A stretch of 64,000 nt of DNA from contig OX597825.1 in NCBI GenBank assembly GCA_951406725.2, positions 29,326,001 through 29,390,000 of the forward strand, in the 5' to 3' direction. The notes under the pieces were generated by a model, which was not told the DNA's origin, made no database searches, and saw only the letters and a list, made by a program, of their open reading frames with translations. Numbering within the stretch: the stretch's first letter is position 1; each line of letters starts with the position of its first letter. Positions 56,786 through 64,000 of the stretch are shown here, piece after piece. The DNA is from Octopus vulgaris. Its lineage: Eukaryota. The position numbers and the translations under genes are program-made.

Positions 56786-57229
56786 TTTTGTTACTGTATT
56801 TATTTTGAGATGCTCTGTGTTTCTTTCAATTACTTTAAATATAACAAAGAATTTAGTAAAATAACTTAGTTATCATTAAGCTAGCGTTAGGAACATAAAT
56901 TGTGACTAAGATTTGGTGGAAGATTTTAATTCAAAACTTATGCAAACAGGACATTTGTACTCAGAGCCAGAGCCGGTTTCAGCCGGGTTGGTAACAAAAG
57001 GGTTAATAATAGACCCTGGCCCTTGACTCTTTGGCACCTTTAATAGAAAAGTACATTCTGCTGCAAAATATTAAGGCCAATTCTCTGGTCTGGGGATATG
57101 ATAATATACATGTGTGAGAGTGTGTTAGATACAGAAATACTTAAACTTTAAGCCAATCAGAGGAATTCCAGCCATGACATCACTGGTAGAACTTTTCTAT
57201 CATTTATTCAAATATCCAATTTTTTAAAG
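56786..57229 (-). repeat. inverted copy of 5141-5756 (MITE family 1 plus about 220 bp of flank)
   Basis: reverse-complement match, e.g. ccctggcccttgactctttggcacctttaatagaaaagtacattctgctgc. Confidence 0.9.
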
Positions 57230-57489
57230 TTAAAGTGCCACTTTTGATGCTGTATCATCATTTTTCAGCCCTGAAAACCGTTTTTTTTATATAAATAAAT
57301 CATACCTTTTATTTATCATTTTTTTTTCATGTATTTTGTATATTTTTCTCTCTTCTCTCTTTATCCAACATTGTTTAATATTCAAATTATTCCTGTAGAT
57401 TTTCAAACGTTTGCACCAGTGCTGGGATGCTGCTTATCTGAAAGTGATTTGTTGATTATATATTTAATGTTGTTTTTATAATCTTGCAG

Positions 57490-57612
57490 CTGGAATGGAT
57501 AACAAATTTGCTTTTGAAGTTAAAGACAATCCCAACAGACATTATTTGCATAAAGACAAGATCAATGGCCCTAGTCCAGGTCTCCATAATATACGACATC
57601 ATAGGTTATGGG
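57490..57612 (+). CDS. candidate host exon (123 nt), product unknown
   Basis: acceptor tttttataatcttgcag, donor GG|gtgagt, length divisible by 3, open frame GMDNKFAFEVKDNPNRHYLHKDKINGPSPGLHNIRHHRLW. Confidence 0.55.
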
Positions 57613-58222
57613 GTGAGTTCATGAGCACCACTAGATAGAATCAGAACCAATATATGCATAGCACTCTATGACCTGTGTTTGTACTTTCAGAACCACTCGG
57701 TTTCTTCGCTTAAACACGATCATTTTGTGTTTTTTTCATAGAATTCCGCAGATGTTATATGAAGCAGTTAAATTTTTTCCCCCTCACACCTATCTTTTAA
57801 ATCTTGTAGAGTTGATAATCAGATATAGATTCCATCAGCACAATAGAGAGGCTGTTTTTTTTTTTTTGAATTCTGCCTAGACATCTTTTACTTTAATTCT
57901 TTGAATATATGCTTTGTATTCTTTGTCTATTTTCTGTTGGATACATGTATTGTGATTTTCTTTTTTTTTTTTTGTTGTTGTTGTTATTTTCCTGTATTGT
58001 TGTCCTTCACAATAGAACACACAAACAACACTAAATCCCCCTCCTCACAAATACAAAATAACAACAACAACAACAATAATAATAATAGTAATAATAATGA
58101 TAATAATTTTATTATTTACTTGACTGTTTCCTGTTTTGATAGCAATTAAGAGATAAAATAAGTATCATCTCTTTGATTATCTACCATTAAGCATGTGTGA
58201 ATAAACTGCATGAAAGTGTGTC

Positions 58223-58262
<40 letters not shown>

Positions 58263-58969
58263 AGAAAGAAGGAAAAAAAGAAAGTTTCTACGTATAAAAT
58301 GATGAAAAAAATTTACCCTTGCTCCTGTACAACTTTTATAACCAGTTAACTGATTGATCACTTGTGATCAGTACCTATTGATAAATAGATGAAATATCTC
58401 TCTGATTCCAAAAGCGAACAGGAGTCAAAGATATTGTAATCTTTCCCAAGGGGTGTTGTTGGTATAGCAAGTAAAATAGATGTGACTAGATATTGAACCA
58501 GTGTTGAAGATTTCGTTCTACGTAAGAGAAGAGGAGTTGGGGTGGCGGATTTATCTGTTGTACGGCAATCTTTATCTAGATGATCAAATGACAGATGTGT
58601 TAGTAGTGTGAGTAAAAGCTGACAGAGAAACTTAGAGTCAAGTGTGCTTTATTTCAAAATCTATAAATAGTTAAATTACTGGAGATGTTTTAAAATCAAA
58701 CCTCCCAATCATGTCGTGTTGTTTTACATTATTGCCATGCTTGAAGGTCATTGGCTGAACAAAGATTTACAACCACATGACACATGGTAGAATTTCAATA
58801 CTACATTATCAGCCAGTAAATCTGAATGGTGTGATAACTTGAGATTAAAATAGCACAGTGCAAGATTACTTTGTTCTAGTAACTTGCTTAGCACCTAAGC
58901 ATCCATATAAATTTCTGGATGTAACTTATTATGGTGGCACTCTTTCTAAAACCATTAATGGTGTCTGAG

Positions 58970-59341
58970 ATTCTGAAACCACATCACTTCTAACATTTGA
59001 CTACCTAATTTCCCAGACTGCAACCCCCTTGATTATTATATATGGGGCACAGTTGAGCAAGAGACCAACAAAACTTCTTGTAACACCAAAGTTGAACTGA
59101 AGGCAAGTATTATGGCAGCATTCATCAACTTAAACAAGGAGTCCATCCAGAAGAGTTACAAAATATTCTAAAGTCGTCTGGAGGTTGTGGTTGAAACCAA
59201 GGCAATTTAATTGAATAATTTTACTCTTTAGTATTTCACGATATTTTTATGTAATTTTGGTAAATATATCTATTAAGATGAGATGTCGGTGATATTTTCA
59301 TTTTTGCGTAATTTAGATGACAGTTTATTCACTGCACCCTG
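58970..59341 (+). mobile_element. Tc1/mariner-superfamily transposase 3' remnant with right TIR
   Basis: *LPNFPDCNPLDYYIWGTVEQETNK..ELKASI..SRLEVVVE (WPPNSPDxNPLD motif); ends caccctg|TA. Confidence 0.8.
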
Positions 59342-59380
59342 TATATATATATACACACACACATGTATATCTATCTATCC

Positions 59381-59446
<66 letters not shown>

Positions 59447-59460
59447 ATATATATATATAT

Positions 59461-59521
<61 letters not shown>

Positions 59522-60347
59522 ATTTTCATCATCGTCATCACCATCATCATTGTTTAACATTTGTCTTCCATGGTGGCATGCGTTGGACGGTTTAACAGGA
59601 GCTGGCAAGCCAGAGGACTGCACCAAGTTCCATTGTCTGTTTTGGCATGGTTTTTACTGCTGGATGCCCTTCCTAACACCAACCATATTACTGAGTGGGA
59701 TCATTACGAAGTGTTTTTTAATGCTTCAGTGAGAAAGAGTTTTTGTGAATGATGTTTGTCTCTGAGTGTGTGTGTGAGTAGGTGCTTGTAGGTGTGTGTA
59801 TAAAACACCCCAGATATAATGATAGCCTTTCCCTGTAGAGTAGAACATGGAGAGATTTAAATTCAGTAAAATTCATTCTAGTGTATTACAGGTTCTCAGT
59901 TTATGAACACTTTAAAGCTAAAATCAAACCCAAAGTGAATTCAACTGTGAATATAGAATGACATGGCTAAATGAAGGAGGATGGTGTGTTGGCAATTCTG
60001 CAAATTAACCAAAACGAATATTACAATGTAAATGATTATAGATTCCTACAGAACGATTCTGGAAATTAGACTTGACTGTTTATATGTATTCAATATTAAT
60101 TAAGCAGTCTTTAAATTGACTTTACAAAGCCAAGCTAAGAGCTGTTTCTAAATATATTGTTATTAAATACAGACATGAATTCATAATTAAGAAATTGCCT
60201 CCTCGAATCCATGGATTCAAGTTCAGTCCCACTGCATGGCATCTTGAGAAAGTGTCTTCTGCTTAGGCTCTGAGTTGACCAAAGCCTTGTGAGTGAATTT
60301 ATATGTGTGTGTGTGTGTGTTTATATAAATGTGTGTGTATATATGTT

Positions 60348-60540
60348 TGTTGCCATGATAGATCGATAGCTACTACACACATTTTTTTCTCTCCTTGTTT
60401 TTTTCTGTGTCCCTTTCTCTAGAAGAGCGTAGGCTTGAAACGTAAAAGGTATTTTCAATTCCTGAGCGTTATACTATACTAATACATCAGTTTGTTTTGT
60501 ACACCACCTGTCTTCGTCTTTTGTTTTTTTCGTGAACTCT

Positions 60541-60544
<4 letters not shown>
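60348..60544 (+). mobile_element. second copy of the 29705 Penelope-like fragment
   Basis: ccttt-CTCTAGA-a-gagc gtag gctt-GAAA-cg-TA-aaagg (60412-60449); followed by (TA)n. Confidence 0.6.
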
Positions 60545-60610
<66 letters not shown>

Positions 60611-61181
60611 CAACGTGACAGAATTGTTAGCATGTCAGACAAAATCCTGCTACGGTTGACTTTGCCTTCCATCTTTTCAGGGCTTATAAAAACAAGCACC
60701 AGTTAAGCACTAGTTACTCCCCTCCCGAACGATTTTAGGCCTTGTGCCTAAAAAAGAATAGATATGAGTGCATGTATGTGTGTGTGTATACATGTGTTTG
60801 TGCATGTGTGTGTTTGTATGTGCTCTTTGTTCATGTTCTATAATCAACTGCTTCAACCAAGGGGCCAATAGAGATCAATAAATTTAATACCAAACTTTAA
60901 AAAATACATATTGGAGTTGGTGTGATCAAGCAAAAAACCAAAAACAAAAGCAAAAAACGATAAAAACAATAAAGAACCTCAAGGTAGTTCCCCTCTGTGT
61001 TCCTGGTCTAGCACCTAAAAGAAATAAATAAAAATGTGGAAGAGTATTAAAATGACAACCAGACATATACTGCGGTAAATTTATCCACAAACTATACCCC
61101 TTAACTACAAATTTAATCAACTTAGCCCACCTCCAACTCCACGTCGCCCCCAACCTGCTGGCCTTGTGCCAGAACCTGAAA

Positions 61182-61394
61182 CCTATTTCTTTACTACCCA
61201 CAAGAGGCTAAACAAAGAGGGGACAAACAAGGAAAGACAAACGGATTAAGTCAATTACATTGACCCAGTGCATAACTGGTACTTAATTTATCAACCCCGA
61301 AAGCATGAAAGGCAAAGTCGACCTCAGTGGAATTTGAACTCAGAACGTAACGGCAGACGAAATTTGGCTACGCATTTTGCCCGGTGTGCTAACA
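61182..61394 (-). mobile_element. Meta-like SINE
   Basis: reverse complement of the 25047 family. Confidence 0.85.
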
Positions 61395-61420
61395 TTGAAA
61401 ACAATATACCTTCATTAGTT

Positions 61421-61664
61421 GAGGAGGCAAACTGGCAGATTTGTTAACATGTTAGGCAAAATTTATGTCTGTTGGGCAAAATTTTGTCTGTCTTTATGTT
61501 CTGTGTTCGAATTCCGCTGAAGTCAACTTTGCCTTTCATCTTTTTGCGGGGTCACTAAAATGAGTACCAGTTATGTACTGGGGGAGGGGGCCAGGGTTCA
61601 TGTAATCTCTTTACCCACTTCTCTGTACTTGCCAGCCTTGTGTTATAATTCGAAACCAAAGCGT
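61421..61664 (+). mobile_element. Meta-like SINE
   Basis: TSD cttcattagtt at 61410-61420 and 61665-61675. Confidence 0.8.
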
Positions 61665-61983
61665 CTTCATTAGTTCCAAACCTGGTAAAAGTTTACTTTG
61701 AATTGCCATATATTCTCTTGGTTCAATAAGATAATCTACAGCTATCATAGAAGAATTAGACTCTGCACTGTATTAAAAAAAGAAATTAATTTAATATTAT
61801 AGTTATTACTATTTGTGATCGCTTTATCTCAGGAGGTGGGGATGAGATCGAATATCAATTTACAAGTGCAATTATTTTGTTTTATTCACATTACTGATGA
61901 AGTCTTTGATCATGGTATGATTCACACACTTTTACTCTGCTTTTTCTGTAAGCCTTAGTAGGTCTACACCTATGCGATTATTA

Positions 61984-62027
<44 letters not shown>

Positions 62028-62583
62028 GAGTGAGAGAGCAGTGCATGCCATCAAAGTGACACTGGGGTAAAATATACGAAGCCCAGTATACCCATCATGA
62101 CTACCCATCTGATAAGAGTACACCAGGCACATGCATCACGACCATATGCACGCGACATGGTGATCTCATATCAAGATAAACAGTACATGACCTTGCAGGT
62201 GGGGCCCAGTTAGAATTTTCTTCTGGTCAAGTGGCCCATCTTGCTCAAAAGGTTCCTGAATAAGGGTTGTTTAAGGATGTTGAACGAAACACACATGTTT
62301 CCAGAGGTGAATTATTCAAACCCCAAAGAACCCCTCATAACACGTGGCTATGATGCTCCCCAACTACTTCTGCTCGCGATCAGAGATGCACATATCATCA
62401 GCCACTAAGGGACATGCTCAACTGTTTAAGGTCAAACAAGTGACAAGCAAATCTGTGGTATTGAGCAGAATATTTGCTGTAGCCCATCTTTTATACCAAG
62501 ACAAAACAATGTACATGATAACACTTCCAATCATTTCAGATCAGAAGCCACAAGAGCCACCACCTGGTACTGCATCAGGGCAT
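62028..62583. mobile_element. unclassified insertion of about 555 bp in an (ATT)n array
   Basis: complex, GC-richer island with sharp borders to (ATT)n on both sides; no recognisable ORF. Confidence 0.45.
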
Positions 62584-62646
62584 TTATTATTATTATTATC
62601 ATTATCATTATTATTATTATCATTATTATTATTATTATCATTATTA

Positions 62647-62698
<52 letters not shown>

Positions 62699-62817
62699 CA
62701 TTATTATTATTATTATCATTATTATTATTACTATTTTTATTATTATTTTTATTATTATTATTATTATTATGATTATTATTATTATTATTATCATTATTAT
62801 TATTATTATCATTATTA

Positions 62818-62869
<52 letters not shown>

Positions 62870-62984
62870 CATTATTATTATTATTATCATTATTATTATT
62901 ACTATTTTTATTATTATTTTTATTATTATTATTATTATCATTATTATTATTATTATCATTATTATCATTATTATTATTATTATA

Positions 62985-63016
<32 letters not shown>

Positions 63017-63102
63017 CATTATTATTATTATTATCATTATTATTATTACTATTTTTATTATTATTTTTATTATTATTATTATTATTATGATTATTATTAT
63101 TA
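62584..63102. repeat. (ATT)n array with higher-order unit
   Basis: marker actatttttattattattttt occurs three times. Confidence 0.9.
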
Positions 63103-63408
63103 CATATTTATTTATTTATTTATTTATTTTCCTTTTAATTTCTTATGTTGCTTTTCTAACATTTCATTTTGTCATATCAGATTGGCATGGTGAACATTTA
63201 ACACCCTTCACTGCTTAATGAACAACAAACAGTTTGAGGACATAACTACTACAGTAGGAACATAAAATATATATTTATGCATGTGTGTGTCTGTGCATGT
63301 GCATGCACACACAGACACACACACATATAAATACATATATATATACATACACAAACATTCAAACACAAACACATATATATACACACATAACTATACACAC
63401 ATACAAAC

Positions 63409-63439
<31 letters not shown>

Positions 63440-63574
63440 TATACATATACATATGTATATACTTATTTATGTATGTTTATGTATATATATATATATGTTT
63501 GTGTATGTATACATGCATATTTATGTTTATGCAGAAATATGTTTATATATATATATATATATATGTCTGTGTGC

Positions 63575-63609
<35 letters not shown>

Positions 63610-63622
63610 AGTATGTATATAC

Positions 63623-63690
<68 letters not shown>

Positions 63691-63776
63691 GCACATACCT
63701 ATATGAATGTATTCATATAATCACAAATGCATAACTGTGTGTGTGTTTGGTTTATTAGCTTTCGGTACCAAAAAAA

Positions 63777-63814
<38 letters not shown>

Positions 63815-64000
63815 CGAAAAGAAAAGAAAAGAGAAAAGGACATCATAGAATCAAAGTCTTGATTTGAATGAAAGAACTAAATATTAAAGATCTTCTAACA
63901 TCAATCAAGGAATTATTGCGATTGGTATGATAATTGTATATTTGCCCATAAGCTAATGGACTCTAAGTAGGTGAGATAGGTGATGAATAGGAAATGGTTG

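Overview
AT-rich eukaryotic (animal) genomic DNA, mostly intronic or intergenic, saturated with microsatellites ((TA)n, (CA)n, (ATT)n, (ATC)n, (GATA)n, (CT)n) and transposon debris. The SINE types (tRNA-Arg/CORE heads, Meta-like core) and the microsatellite load point to an octopod cephalopod (inference). Almost all six-frame ORFs are microsatellite artefacts. The only substantial protein-coding sequence is a 5'-truncated, disrupted RTE-clade LINE ORF (RT plus an embedded PHD-type finger, minus strand, about 21.1-22.7 kb). There are also remnants of CR1, R4/Dong-like, other RTE and Tc1/mariner elements, piggyBac- and hAT-type MITEs, a non-autonomous Helitron, a foldback element, many SINEs with target-site duplications, and one good host-exon candidate (57490-57612). 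The most unusual signal is a set of at least seven minimal hammerhead-ribozyme-like motifs of the Penelope type, mostly in short elements embedded in (TA)n. One of them sits behind a tRNA-like Pol III head, a candidate Penelope-dependent ribozyme SINE. All alignments and folds were done by eye; no searches were run.
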